From assembly GCA_947479085.1 (NCBI GenBank), contig CANJYB010000017.1, positions 34,955 through 98,954 on the forward strand: a stretch of 64,000 nucleotides of DNA. Reading direction: 5' to 3'. This document shows, in pieces, positions 17,093 through 27,454 of the stretch. The position numbers were made by a program, and so were the translations under genes. This DNA is from Bacteroidota bacterium. Its GTDB lineage: Bacteria; Bacteroidota; Bacteroidia; 2-12-FULL-35-15. The notes beneath the pieces are model-generated. The model did not search any database. It worked only from the letters and a program-made list of their open reading frames with translations, and was not told the DNA's origin. How positions within the stretch are numbered: the first letter of the stretch is position 1; the number at the start of each line of letters is the position of its first letter.

Positions 17093-18304
17093 TTGAACCT
17101 CCCCTTTTTCATAGCCAAACGATATTTGATTTCAAAGAAATCGCACAATGCCATTAATATTATTTCGGCTGTATCGGTAATTGGTGTTTGTATTGGCACC
17201 ATGGCGTTGGTAATTGTTCTTTCGGCATTTAATGGACTAACAGAGCTTGTGCAATCGCTTTATAATTCTTTCGACCCGGATATTTCCATAACTATAAAGC
17301 AAGGAAAAACATTTGACCCGAATACAAGTGAAATTCAATCCTTAAAAAACATTCCCGGTATTGTTAATTATATTGAAGTGATGGAAGGCAATGCATTATT
17401 AAAGTTTAATGATAAACAATGTATTGCTACAGTTAAAGGTGTAAGTCCTGAGTTCGGGAAATCAAGCGACTTTCAAAAGAAAATAAGTTCAGGAACTTTT
17501 AACCTGGAGAAAAACAACATAGTAATGGGAACAGGAATTGGGAACCTACTCCAAACCGGCCCCAGGGATATGTTTACTCCTGTTTCAGTGTTTGCCCCAA
17601 AGCGGGGAACTTCCAATTCCCTGAATCCGGAAGATGGAATGAATGAATTGAAAGTTTATCCATCGGGAACATTTACTATTAATGATGAATTTGATTACAA
17701 GTACATCTTAATGAATATTGAAAAAGCGCGCCAACTTCTTGATTATACCAATGAAGTTACCGCTATAGAATTACAATTATCACCTTTAGCCAATAAGGAA
17801 GAAGTGCAACAGCATATTGTTTCTGCTTTGGGAAACCAATACACGGTAAAAAACAGGGAGCAACAAAACGAAATGCTTTATAAAACCATGAAATCGGAAA
17901 AACTATGGGTGTTCATTATCCTTGTATTTATATTAATCATTGCCACATTTAATGTAATAGGTTCACTTACCATGTTGATTATTGAAAAGAAAAAAGACAT
18001 TACGATATTAAATAATATGGGGGCTGATGCCAGTTTAATCAGAAAGGTGTTTTTGTTTGAAGGATTGATGATAACCGTAGTTGGTGCTTTTGTTGGTTTG
18101 GCATTGGGATTGATTATTTGCTGGCTACAAATTAAATTTTCTATTGTAAAATATTCCGAGGGATTTGTGGTGGATGCTTATCCAATAAAAATACAACCAC
18201 TGGATATGTTTTTAATTATGGTAGTTGTATTATTGATTGGCTTTTTTGCTGCCTGGTACCCGGTAAAACTATTTACCAAAAAACACCTTGCTCATTTTGC
18301 CTGA
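17093..18304 (+). CDS. LolC/LolE-like (FtsX/MacB) ABC permease
   Basis: FIAKRYL, SAFNGL, IIEKKKDI..L..MGA. Confidence 0.85.
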   Translation: MNLPFFIAKRYLISKKSHNAINIISAVSVIGVCIGTMALVIVLSAFNGLTELVQSLYNSFDPDISITIKQGKTFDPNTSEIQSLKNIPGIVNYIEVMEGNALLKFNDKQCIATVKGVSPEFGKSSDFQKKISSGTFNLEKNNIVMGTGIGNLLQTGPRDMFTPVSVFAPKRGTSNSLNPEDGMNELKVYPSGTFTINDEFDYKYILMNIEKARQLLDYTNEVTAIELQLSPLANKEEVQQHIVSALGNQYTVKNREQQNEMLYKTMKSEKLWVFIILVFILIIATFNVIGSLTMLIIEKKKDITILNNMGADASLIRKVFLFEGLMITVVGAFVGLALGLIICWLQIKFSIVKYSEGFVVDAYPIKIQPLDMFLIMVVVLLIGFFAAWYPVKLFTKKHLAHFA

Positions 18305-18426
18305 TATTTTTAAAAGGGTTACAATTTCTTTGTTTTTTTATATTTGTTGCGATAAAATCAAACTTGTCAGAAAATTACAAAACAAGAAGTTGTAGTTAAA
18401 AAAGAATTTAAAATTTAATAAATAGT

Positions 18427-19434
18427 ATGAGCAACACTTCCGGCTTTACTGCTAAACTTACTTCCAGCGATGGAATAAATTATATCAATATCGGGTTGAT
18501 GATAATCAGTGTGATTGCTGCTTATATTTTGCCTTTTGAAGTTTTTTTGTTTTCGTATGCCGTATTGGGCCCTTTGCATTATTTAACTGAAATCTCCTGG
18601 CTTGATAAAAAGAACTACTTTATTAAATCAAAAAATGACATCTGGATTTTTGTAGTTATGGTGGTGATAATAACCATTGGCATGTTCGATGAAAAGTCAA
18701 GAACCAATGCATTTGTCAGCAGCCTTATGTTTTCCGGATTTATGTATGCGCTTATTATATTATTTGTTGAAAAGCTAAGTATAAAGTTGGGGTTGGTGTT
18801 TCTTACCTTCCTTGTTTCGGTCATTTTTAATTTTAACGTTTACCCTACAATACCTTTTATGATTTTTGCGGTATGGCTTCCCACCATTATGCACGTATTT
18901 CTATTTACCGGGGCGTTTATTTTATTCGGAGCTTTAAAATCCAGGAGCGTTTCAGGAATTATATCCCTGGTATTTTTTATCTGTTGCGCATTGGTGTTCT
19001 TTATATATGTGCCGGAAAACTTTGGCATCACGGTAAGTGATTATGGCAAAAAGGCCTATTCCTTTTTCAGAATAGTAAATACTTCCCTGTATGAATTATT
19101 TGGTTACGGAACATTAAAAAGAGATGATATCGCATTGTACATTAGTCCAAAAGCAGTTGCCATTATGCGGTTTATTGCTTTTGCTTATACTTATCATTAC
19201 CTTAACTGGTTTTCAAAAACCTCCGTTATTAAATGGAACCAGGTTTCAAAAACAAGGATGACAGTAATTATTGTACTTTGGATAGCGTCTGTGGTATTAT
19301 ATGCGGTAAGTTACAAAATAGGCTTTTATGCTCTATTCTTATTAAGCATGCTCCATGTATTCTTTGAGTTCCCCCTCAATCATTTTACCTTTATAGGGAT
19401 AGGCAAAGAGCTGAAATCTATTTTCCGGAAATAG
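18427..19434 (+). CDS. Polytopic membrane protein with several His motifs
   Basis: GPLHYLTE, MHVF, YHYLNWF, LHVFFEFPLNH. Confidence 0.7.
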   Translation: MSNTSGFTAKLTSSDGINYINIGLMIISVIAAYILPFEVFLFSYAVLGPLHYLTEISWLDKKNYFIKSKNDIWIFVVMVVIITIGMFDEKSRTNAFVSSLMFSGFMYALIILFVEKLSIKLGLVFLTFLVSVIFNFNVYPTIPFMIFAVWLPTIMHVFLFTGAFILFGALKSRSVSGIISLVFFICCALVFFIYVPENFGITVSDYGKKAYSFFRIVNTSLYELFGYGTLKRDDIALYISPKAVAIMRFIAFAYTYHYLNWFSKTSVIKWNQVSKTRMTVIIVLWIASVVLYAVSYKIGFYALFLLSMLHVFFEFPLNHFTFIGIGKELKSIFRK

Positions 19435-20092
19435 CTTTTTGTTTTATCCCGATAAACATTACCGATAAACTGCCTATAATAAATACATGGGCAATGTCCA
19501 GGTAAGTAAAGTATTCATTTATGGAAACTTTGGTACCGTTAATAATAGCAGTAACAAATAAAATAACAATTCCCCAGCCCACCATTTCATTTCCCTTTTG
19601 TTTGCTTTTGTTTTTGAAATGAATTACCATTACCGGTATCAATGCAATGGCGCTATCGAAAACAACGACAAGGAAATTACTGAAAACAAGTACGGCAATG
19701 GAAAACAGAATTACCTGTATCAGGTTAGCCCATTTCCAGGTTTCCTTATTTGGTGAATCTTTTAATATAGAATGAAGAGTCGCCTGCTGGGCACAAAAAG
19801 CTGAAAATATATTAAACCATTGCATCGGGAACCAAAATGATTTGTATCCCACACCATCATGTATGGCGAAAAAACCATGTGAGCATCCTCCAAACAGCGA
19901 TGCCAGACTTAAAAACAAGTAGAACCATTTCCAGCTTATATCACTTTTATTAACTGAGCCAATCTTTCTCAGTTTCAAATAAAAAAAGAAACAAAGTGTG
20001 GAAATTATTATATCAGTAAAAGCGGTAACGGGCTGGTGAATTGCAACTCCACCTATATTTATAGTAGTATCTATTTTTGCATAATCAATCAT
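19418..20092 (-). CDS. Multi-TM membrane protein (DUF6962 / CREST-like)
   Basis: QPVTAFTD, GGCSHG, DIAH motifs. Confidence 0.6.
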   Translation of the reverse strand: MIDYAKIDTTINIGGVAIHQPVTAFTDIIISTLCFFFYLKLRKIGSVNKSDISWKWFYLFLSLASLFGGCSHGFFAIHDGVGYKSFWFPMQWFNIFSAFCAQQATLHSILKDSPNKETWKWANLIQVILFSIAVLVFSNFLVVVFDSAIALIPVMVIHFKNKSKQKGNEMVGWGIVILFVTAIINGTKVSINEYFTYLDIAHVFIIGSLSVMFIGIKQKAISGK

Positions 20093-20176
20093 TTCGCAAA
20101 AGTAAAAAAAATGTTTAAAACTAATGTTACAATATATATAGGTTAATCTTATACTATATAATACTACTTTTGCACT

Positions 20177-21412
20177 ATGGCTAAAGAATTTTATTTAAAA
20201 CACCACACCTTTCATATCAAGGCAATTTTTGTTGCTCTTAAAGATATTTTCGAAAGAAATGAATATGCTGATAAGGCAATAGAAAAAATAATGCGCGCCA
20301 ATAAGTATTGGGACGTGCGCGAACGAGGCTTTGTTTCTGATGTTACCTACGATATGGTACGAAACTGGCGGTTACTGTTTATTTCCTCCGGTCTGGAACC
20401 TGAAACAAAACTATCAGATAAAAACCTCTGGATGATTTTCGGAACCTATCTGGTTTTTGATGGATATGATTTACCGGAGAGTAATTATTTCAAAGGATTG
20501 AATGAAAAGAAAATTGTTTCTCAATTAGAGAAGTTTCATAAAATCAGAAAAATCAGGGAATCTATTCCTGATTGGTTGGACAAGATGGGAGAAAAAGAAT
20601 TAGGGAAGGATTGGGATAAAACCATTCGTGCCTTAAATCAAAAACCTACCACTGTGCTTCGTGCTAATTCCTTAAAAACAAATCCAAGGGAGTTGCAAAA
20701 AACATTGGAAGAAGAAAAAATAACAGATGCTTCTCTCATAATGTGGTCTCCGGATGCGGTGGAATTAAAATTTCCAAGGAATGTATTTCGCACAGAGGCA
20801 TTTCATAAAGGATTGTTCGAAGTACAGGATGCGTCTTCGCAAATGGTTTCAGAATTTTTAAATGTTCAACCGGGAATGCGTGTGGTAGATGCCTGTGCAG
20901 GTGCAGGTGGAAAAACATTACATCTTGCTGCATTGATGAAAAACAAAGGTCGTATAATAGCATTGGATGTAAAAGAGAAAAAATTACTTGAATTAAAAAA
21001 ACGTGCCACAAGAGCAGATGTAAGAATTGTTGAAACCCGTGCAATAGATTCTTCTAAAGTAGTAAAACGTTTAAAAGATACAGCAGACAGATTATTATTA
21101 GATGTGCCTTGTTCCGGTTTGGGTGTATTGCGAAGAAATCCGGATAGCAAATGGAAACTGAACCCGGAAGAAATAGAAAGGGTAAAAACAATTCAAAGAG
21201 AAATACTCACTAATTTTTCAGACATAACAAAAGTAGGCGGAAAGATGGTGTACGCTACCTGCAGCATATTACCAAGTGAAGGAGAAGATCAGGTAAAATG
21301 GTTCCTTGAACAGGTGGGAGATAAATGGGAATTTCTTGGAGAAAAAAGATATTCGCCCGAAACTCATCATGCGGATGGTTTTTATATGGCACTTTTAGAA
21401 AGAAAAAAATAA
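20177..21412 (+). CDS. RsmB/NOP2-family RNA m5C methyltransferase
   Basis: QDASSQ, DACAGAGGKT, DVPCSG, YATCS. Confidence 0.92.
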   Translation: MAKEFYLKHHTFHIKAIFVALKDIFERNEYADKAIEKIMRANKYWDVRERGFVSDVTYDMVRNWRLLFISSGLEPETKLSDKNLWMIFGTYLVFDGYDLPESNYFKGLNEKKIVSQLEKFHKIRKIRESIPDWLDKMGEKELGKDWDKTIRALNQKPTTVLRANSLKTNPRELQKTLEEEKITDASLIMWSPDAVELKFPRNVFRTEAFHKGLFEVQDASSQMVSEFLNVQPGMRVVDACAGAGGKTLHLAALMKNKGRIIALDVKEKKLLELKKRATRADVRIVETRAIDSSKVVKRLKDTADRLLLDVPCSGLGVLRRNPDSKWKLNPEEIERVKTIQREILTNFSDITKVGGKMVYATCSILPSEGEDQVKWFLEQVGDKWEFLGEKRYSPETHHADGFYMALLERKK

Positions 21413-21852
21413 ATTTTTCTGTTGAATAGTGTTCTTCATTTTTTCATTCAACATTTAAATTTTTTCTGTTTTTTTCTCTTTTAAAAAATAAAATCAGAAA
21501 ATAATTAAAAATAATTTGATCACACTTTGTAATTAACAAACACAAAAACGTTTCTTGTATTTACACTTTTTATAAATCGATTAGTATAAATATTTATTTT
21601 CAAACAAAAACAACAACCTTCTGAATCATTAGTAAATATAATATGTACAGAAGACTACTAAAATAAATAAATTGAAATATTTATATTTATTTTACAAGGA
21701 AAAATAAAATAATCAATGAGAATTTTTATTAAATCAAAAACGTTATTCACTGTTATCAACAAATTTGTGTTAATAAAATGTAGTGTATAAATTATTTTTG
21801 TGTTGAAAATTTATCTTACTTCGTGTCATAATAATTAATAAACAAAAAAACC

Positions 21853-21960
21853 ATGGCAAAAAAAGCAGCAAAAAAAGCAGCTCCTAAAAAAGCAGCGAAA
21901 AAAGTAGCTAAAAAAGCAGCTCCTAAAAAAGCAGCGAAAAAAGCAGCTAAGAAAAAGTAA
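21853..21960 (+). CDS. 35-aa histone H1-like Lys/Ala-rich protein
   Basis: MAKKAAKKAAPKKAAKKVAKKAAPKKAAKKAAKKK*; A-rich leader; terminator immediately after; below the ORF-track cutoff. Confidence 0.8.
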   Translation: MAKKAAKKAAPKKAAKKVAKKAAPKKAAKKAAKKK

Positions 21961-21961
21961 G

Positions 21962-21990
21962 AAAAAGGGCTCGAAAGAGCCCTTTTTTTT
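21962..21990 (+). terminator. Bidirectional Rho-independent terminator
   Basis: AAAAAGGGCTC-GAAA-GAGCCCTTTTTTTT. Confidence 0.9.
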
Positions 21991-22024
21991 GTCCTTTATT
22001 TTCCCTCCCACTTTTATCTCTTCA

Positions 22025-23047
22025 TCATACCTTCTGAACAAAACCAATACCAGGCATTTCATTCAATTCTATCTTTCCGTTTTTAAACTTCACACCTTCA
22101 AATAAATCATTCTTTATTAATAATGCCCCATCCAAATCGGCAAAATCAACTAATGGTGACAATTGTGCTGCAGCGGAAATAGCACAAGATGTTTCACTCA
22201 TACATCCAATCAATAGTTTCAGATTTAATTCACGCGCCCGTTTTATCATTTTATTTGCTTCGAACAAACCGGTACATTTCATGAGTTTAATATTTATTCC
22301 ATGAAAACAATCCTTCATCTTTTCAATATCCGGAAATCGTTGTATGCTCTCATCCGCAAAAATTGGTAACGGACTTCGCTCAAACAACCAATGTGCATCA
22401 TCCCAATTTTCTTTTGGTAAGGGCTGTTCTATAAACAAAACATTTTTATCCGATAACCATTCTATCATTTCCAATGCAAACTGTTTATCCTTCCACCCCT
22501 GGTTTACATCTATTGCGATTGGCTTATTGGTAACACTTCTGATAGTTTCTATATTCTGTTTATCATTCTCTCCGTTCAGCTTCACTTTAAAGTATCTGTA
22601 TTCCTCCCCTTCTGCAATTTTCTGTTTCATTCCTTCCGGTTCATCTATACCCAAAGTATAGGTTGTAAATGGTGTTTTGCTTTTATCACCATTGAATCCT
22701 TTCCAACATGACTTGTTTTCCAGCTTCCCAATTAAATCATGTAAAGCAATATCAATGGATGCCTTGGCAGCAGTATTACCTGGTGCAATACTATCCACTT
22801 CGTGTAAAACAGATTCCAGATCAAATGGATTTTGAAATTTGTCTATTACATTATTCGCTTTAGATAAAAACGCTAAGACCGTTTCATGCGATTCGCCTAA
22901 ATAAGGTGGCATACTGGCTTCTCCGTACCCAATTGTTCCTTCATGTTCTATTTGTATTATTACAATAGGAGTAGAAGATCGAACACCATGCGCTATTTTA
23001 AATGGCCTTTTGAAGTATAAAGTATGTGGTAAGAAAGTAAGTTTCAT
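22025..23047 (-). CDS. L-Ala-D/L-Glu dipeptide epimerase (enolase superfamily)
   Basis: FKVKL, DVNQGW, IEQP, FADES, NIKLMKC, DLDG. Confidence 0.9.
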   Translation of the reverse strand: MKLTFLPHTLYFKRPFKIAHGVRSSTPIVIIQIEHEGTIGYGEASMPPYLGESHETVLAFLSKANNVIDKFQNPFDLESVLHEVDSIAPGNTAAKASIDIALHDLIGKLENKSCWKGFNGDKSKTPFTTYTLGIDEPEGMKQKIAEGEEYRYFKVKLNGENDKQNIETIRSVTNKPIAIDVNQGWKDKQFALEMIEWLSDKNVLFIEQPLPKENWDDAHWLFERSPLPIFADESIQRFPDIEKMKDCFHGINIKLMKCTGLFEANKMIKRARELNLKLLIGCMSETSCAISAAAQLSPLVDFADLDGALLIKNDLFEGVKFKNGKIELNEMPGIGFVQKV

Positions 23048-23186
23048 AATTCTATTGAACGAAAGTATATAATATTGTACATATATATAGATAAAACCAT
23101 TCTTTGTTAAATAATTATCGGGATAAGTAGTGTTGAAGTATTACAGATATGTGTTATCTTTGTCATAGAAATAACATTTAACTCGA

Positions 23187-23705
23187 ATGAAAAAATTATT
23201 TATTGTCTTATTAGCACCTGTATTCTCCTTATTAATGAGTTGCAGTGGTTCAAAAACAAATGAAACAACTTCTGCTCCTGCCGGCATGAAAGAAGTACAA
23301 TTAAAAATTAATGGTAATTCACTTTCTATTATTGTTCCTGATTCCTCAAAAGGAAAACTGGAAATAGCCGAACAATCATGGGGGGCAACCGAAATAAAGG
23401 TGGGTAAAGATTTTCAGATTTCCATTTCCGAATCCGAAGGTGATATTGCTCTTACCAAAAGTGATATTGCCGGAAACGATGTAAACAAGTTCAAACGTTA
23501 TATTAAAGATGAACCTACATTGTTATTTTGGGAATCTCAAATTACAGAGCCTGAATTTCATTTTTATATGATTAACAAAACCGGGAAGGTTTCCTATTTA
23601 ATAGAAGACATTAAAGGAGATATCCATAATGAAAAAACTGCCCAGGTAATGGTAGATGCTGCAAAATCATTAAAGTCTGCTGCTGATTCAAAACCTAATT
23701 CGTAA
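23187..23705 (+). CDS. Hypothetical lipoprotein
   Basis: Lipobox LMSC. Confidence 0.7.
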   Translation: MKKLFIVLLAPVFSLLMSCSGSKTNETTSAPAGMKEVQLKINGNSLSIIVPDSSKGKLEIAEQSWGATEIKVGKDFQISISESEGDIALTKSDIAGNDVNKFKRYIKDEPTLLFWESQITEPEFHFYMINKTGKVSYLIEDIKGDIHNEKTAQVMVDAAKSLKSAADSKPNS

Positions 23706-23724
23706 TTCTATTTGCTATTTATTC

Positions 23725-23758
23725 AAAAACCATTTCTAGTTTAAGGAAATGGTTTTTT
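23725..23758 (+). terminator. Rho-independent terminator
   Basis: AAAAACCATTTC...GAAATGGTTTTTT. Confidence 0.75.
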
Positions 23759-23795
23759 ATTTCTTATTTTCATACTTCTTACTATTTCAATCAAT

Positions 23796-25241
23796 ATGCA
23801 AACAATAAAAAACTATATCAATGGTAAACTGGTGGAGCCCGTTGGTAAAACTTATATAGACAATTATAACCCCGCAATCGGAAAAGTATATTCCCTAATT
23901 CCTGATTCGGATGAAAGAGATGTAGAACTTGCAACTGAAGCTGCCCTGAAAGCATTTCCAAAATGGAGCACCACACCAAAAGGAGAACGGTCATCTATAT
24001 TATTAAAGATAGCAGACCTAATTACCAGGAACCTTGACCGTTTGGCAATTGCTGAATCTGTCGATAATGGCAAACCTTTTTCATTGGCTAAAATTATTGA
24101 CATACCACGTGCTGCAAGTAACTTTCATTTTTATGCAACAGGCATTTTACATTATGCTTCCGAAAGTCATTCCATGGAAGATTTGGCAATAAATTATACT
24201 ATAAAAAGCCCGGTTGGAGTAGCTGGTTGTATTTCACCTTGGAATTTACCTTTGTATCTTTTCACCTGGAAAATTGCTCCCGCTCTTGCCTCCGGAAATT
24301 GTGTAGTAGCAAAACCTTCCGAAATAACTCCCATGACTGCATATCTTCTTTCTGAATTATGTATTGAAGCTGGTTTGCCCGAAGGTGTTCTCAACATCGT
24401 TCATGGATATGGTCATAAAGTTGGTGCCGCCATTTCTTCTCATCCTAAAATACCATTGATATCATTTACCGGTGGAACTAAAACCGGTGCCGAAATAGCA
24501 AGAGTGGCTGCTCCAATGTTCAAAAAACTTTCCTTGGAGTTGGGAGGAAAAAACCCCAACATTATTTTTGCTGACTGCGATTACGAAAACATGATGAAGA
24601 CGACCTTGCATTCTTCGTTTTCTAACCAGGGGCAGATTTGCCTTTGTGGTTCACGCATATTTGTTGAAAAATCAATGTATGAAAAATTCAAAACAGACTT
24701 TGTTGAAAGGGTAAAGAAAATGAAAGTGGGCAACCCAGCTGATCCTGAAAGCAGGTTAGGTGCGGTGGTATCCAAACCTCACATGGAAAAAGTTTTATCC
24801 TATATCGAACTTGCCAAACAGGAAGGAGGCACCGTTCTTTGTGGCGGCAATCAAATAAAACTGGAGGGCGAATTCTCAGAAGGATATTACATCGCTCCTA
24901 CTGTAATAGAAGGATTGACCTATAATTGCAGAACCAATATGGAAGAGATATTCGGACCTGTAGTAACCATTATGCCTTTTGAAACGGAAGAAGAAGTGAT
25001 GATGTATGCCAATAGTACTCAATATGGTTTGGCTTCCGTTCTCTGGACCGAAAACTTAACCCGTGCTCATCGCATTGCAAATAATTTACATACTGGCATT
25101 GTTTGGGTGAATTGTTGGTTGCTGCGCGACCTCCGTACTCCTTTTGGTGGAGTTAAAAGTTCAGGTGTAGGTCGTGAAGGTGGTTTCCAGGCATTCGACT
25201 TTTTTACTGAACCGAAAAATGTTTGTATAAAATTGAAATAG
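23796..25241 (+). CDS. Aldehyde dehydrogenase (2-aminomuconate/2-hydroxymuconate semialdehyde dehydrogenase-like)
   Basis: ISPWNLPL, LELGGKNP, NQGQICLCGSR, WVNCWLLRDLRTPFGG. Confidence 0.85.
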   Translation: MQTIKNYINGKLVEPVGKTYIDNYNPAIGKVYSLIPDSDERDVELATEAALKAFPKWSTTPKGERSSILLKIADLITRNLDRLAIAESVDNGKPFSLAKIIDIPRAASNFHFYATGILHYASESHSMEDLAINYTIKSPVGVAGCISPWNLPLYLFTWKIAPALASGNCVVAKPSEITPMTAYLLSELCIEAGLPEGVLNIVHGYGHKVGAAISSHPKIPLISFTGGTKTGAEIARVAAPMFKKLSLELGGKNPNIIFADCDYENMMKTTLHSSFSNQGQICLCGSRIFVEKSMYEKFKTDFVERVKKMKVGNPADPESRLGAVVSKPHMEKVLSYIELAKQEGGTVLCGGNQIKLEGEFSEGYYIAPTVIEGLTYNCRTNMEEIFGPVVTIMPFETEEEVMMYANSTQYGLASVLWTENLTRAHRIANNLHTGIVWVNCWLLRDLRTPFGGVKSSGVGREGGFQAFDFFTEPKNVCIKLK

Positions 25242-25253
25242 TAAATTACTATT

Positions 25254-25287
25254 TACCCCTGTCAGGGTTTAAAACCCTGACAGGGTA
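25254..25287. repeat. REP-like palindrome, family A
   Basis: TACCCCTGTCAGGGTTTAAAACCCTGACAGGGTA between convergent genes. Confidence 0.85.
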
Positions 25288-25301
25288 TTAATATAGTATT
25301 C

Positions 25302-26606
25302 TTACAAAACCTCCACCACCTTTTCCAGTTTTATTCCTCTCGAACCTTTAATAAGTATAGTGGTGTTTTTTATTTCCTGTTGCAAAAGATAATTAGTTGC
25401 TTCTTCACTTGTATCAAATGTTTTTGCAGAAGTATTTCTTCCCGCCTCTGTAAAATGCCATCCCACTAATACCACATTTGTAATATTCTTCTTATCAAGC
25501 AAAGCGACAATTGCTTCATGTTCTTTTGTGCTTTCAGTTCCCAGTTCCAGCATGTCTCCAAGTATTACCATTTTGTTCGGCTGGTTCATTTGGGCAAAAT
25601 TCTCTATTGCGGCCTGCATGCTCGAAGGGTTTGCATTGTATGCATCCAATAATAAAAGATTACGTTTGGTCTGCATCACCTGCGAACGGTTGTTAGAAGG
25701 AACATATTTTTCCAATCCCGCTTTTATTTGTTCTTCCGAAAGCTGAAAATGATTCCCTATACATGCTGCAGCAAGAATGTTTTCCAGATTATACTTCCCA
25801 ATCAACTGTGTTGCTATTTCCGGTTTATCATCTATTGATGTTGAATCACTCTTTGCCTTGCACTTTAACTTTACAAACGGATTACTTTCTATAAACTTTC
25901 CAATAAAATCACACTCATCGCTTGTTCCATAAGTAATCTGTTTAATCCCTTTTGATAAGCCTTTCAGTAATTCATTATCATTATTAACAAACAGGGCTCC
26001 ATTGCTCTGCTTGATGAAAGTATACATTTCACTCTTGGCTTTTATCACCCCTTCTGCACCACCAAATCCTTCCAGGTGGGCTTTTCCTATATTCGTTATC
26101 ATTCCGTAATCCGGTTCTGCCAGGTTACAAAGCATCGCTATCTCTCCCTGGTGGTTCGCTCCCATTTCCACTATCGCCATTTCATGTTCTTTAGTAATAC
26201 TTAACAAGGTAAGCGGAACGCCAATATGATTATTCAGATTTCCTTTTGTAGCCTGTACTTTATATTTTTCACTCAATACCGCATTCATCAGTTCCTTTGA
26301 AGTAGTCTTGCCATTACTTCCTGTAATACTAATAATAGGAATGGATAATTGTTTTCTATGGTAGCTCGCCAGTTCCTGCAATGCAGTCAGCACATCATCT
26401 ACCAGTATAAAACGAGAATCAATTTTATATTGCTCCTCATCTATCACTGCCAACGAACAACCCGCTTGTATTGCTTTTTCTGCAAACTGGTTGGCATTAA
26501 AGTTCTCTCCCTTTAATGCAAAGAAAATAGAATTTGGTTTAATGTCCCTGGTATCTGTGCATACATAAGGGAACTCAAGGAAATGAGCGTATAGTTTCTG
26601 TATCAT
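25302..26606 (-). CDS. murF: UDP-MurNAc-tripeptide--D-Ala-D-Ala ligase
   Basis: ITGSNGKTT, NNHIGVP, DAYNANPSS, KGSRG. Confidence 0.95.
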   Translation of the reverse strand: MIQKLYAHFLEFPYVCTDTRDIKPNSIFFALKGENFNANQFAEKAIQAGCSLAVIDEEQYKIDSRFILVDDVLTALQELASYHRKQLSIPIISITGSNGKTTSKELMNAVLSEKYKVQATKGNLNNHIGVPLTLLSITKEHEMAIVEMGANHQGEIAMLCNLAEPDYGMITNIGKAHLEGFGGAEGVIKAKSEMYTFIKQSNGALFVNNDNELLKGLSKGIKQITYGTSDECDFIGKFIESNPFVKLKCKAKSDSTSIDDKPEIATQLIGKYNLENILAAACIGNHFQLSEEQIKAGLEKYVPSNNRSQVMQTKRNLLLLDAYNANPSSMQAAIENFAQMNQPNKMVILGDMLELGTESTKEHEAIVALLDKKNITNVVLVGWHFTEAGRNTSAKTFDTSEEATNYLLQQEIKNTTILIKGSRGIKLEKVVEVL

Positions 26607-26610
26607 GTTT

Positions 26611-27390
26611 TTATTTCAATTCATAAGGAATAACACAAACCGGTATGGGTATCATCTTATGCTGATTTGCTTTATTCATTCGTGTATATATATCAAGTAC
26701 TGTTTTTTCTCTGTCAGATAAAGTGGAAAAATCATGCGGGTTTTCAATAAACTTCATCGCCCACTCCAACTCATTGTAAGTAGCACCTATCTGGTCTTCA
26801 TCACTTCTTCCATCATGAAACAATCCGTCTGTAGGAGGAGCCACCTGTATGGAATGAACCACCCCCAACTCTTTTGCCAATGAGTAAACCTCCGATTTCA
26901 TTAAGTCAGCTATCGGAGAAATATCTACTCCACCATCTCCATACTTGGTAAAAAATCCTATCCCGAAATCCTCTACCTTATTTCCTGTACCTGCCACCAG
27001 CAATTTGTAATGACAGGCAAAAGCAAATAAAGTAGTCATTCGCAGGCGCGAACGCGTATTGGCCATCGTCAGCCAATCCTGTGTTTCTTCAGGAAATGCT
27101 TTACTGATGCTTGTAAAGGTATCAGTAAGTTCCACTTCCTGCAAAGTAACGGATGCAAATTTATTCTTTAACCAATTGATATGTTCATGCCCCCTCTCAT
27201 ATTCTGCTTTGTGCTGATGAATCGGCATATTCAAACAAATCACCTGTTTGCCCGTCATGGCACAAAGTGTGGAAGTAAGTGCCGAATCTATTCCTCCTGA
27301 TATACCAATCACAAATCCATTGGTCTTGCTCTGGTCTGAATAATGTTTCAGCCAGTTTACTATATGTTGTATTGTTTCCTGTTTTTTCAT
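26611..27390 (-). CDS. nadE: NH3-dependent NAD+ synthetase
   Basis: GISGGIDS, RLRM, FTKYGDGG. Confidence 0.95.
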   Translation of the reverse strand: MKKQETIQHIVNWLKHYSDQSKTNGFVIGISGGIDSALTSTLCAMTGKQVICLNMPIHQHKAEYERGHEHINWLKNKFASVTLQEVELTDTFTSISKAFPEETQDWLTMANTRSRLRMTTLFAFACHYKLLVAGTGNKVEDFGIGFFTKYGDGGVDISPIADLMKSEVYSLAKELGVVHSIQVAPPTDGLFHDGRSDEDQIGATYNELEWAMKFIENPHDFSTLSDREKTVLDIYTRMNKANQHKMIPIPVCVIPYELK

Positions 27391-27399
27391 TTATCAAAT

Positions 27400-27433
27400 A
27401 AAAAATCCCGATTCCATTTCTGAAATCGGGATT
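27400..27433 (-). terminator. Rho-independent terminator
   Basis: AAAAAATCCCGATT...AATCGGGATT. Confidence 0.7.
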
Positions 27434-27454
27434 AAAAGTACTAATTATTATTTT

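Noticed and set aside
21835..22062. 75-aa minus-strand Cys/Phe-rich ORF
   Set aside because: Antisense shadow of the H1-like gene and its terminator.
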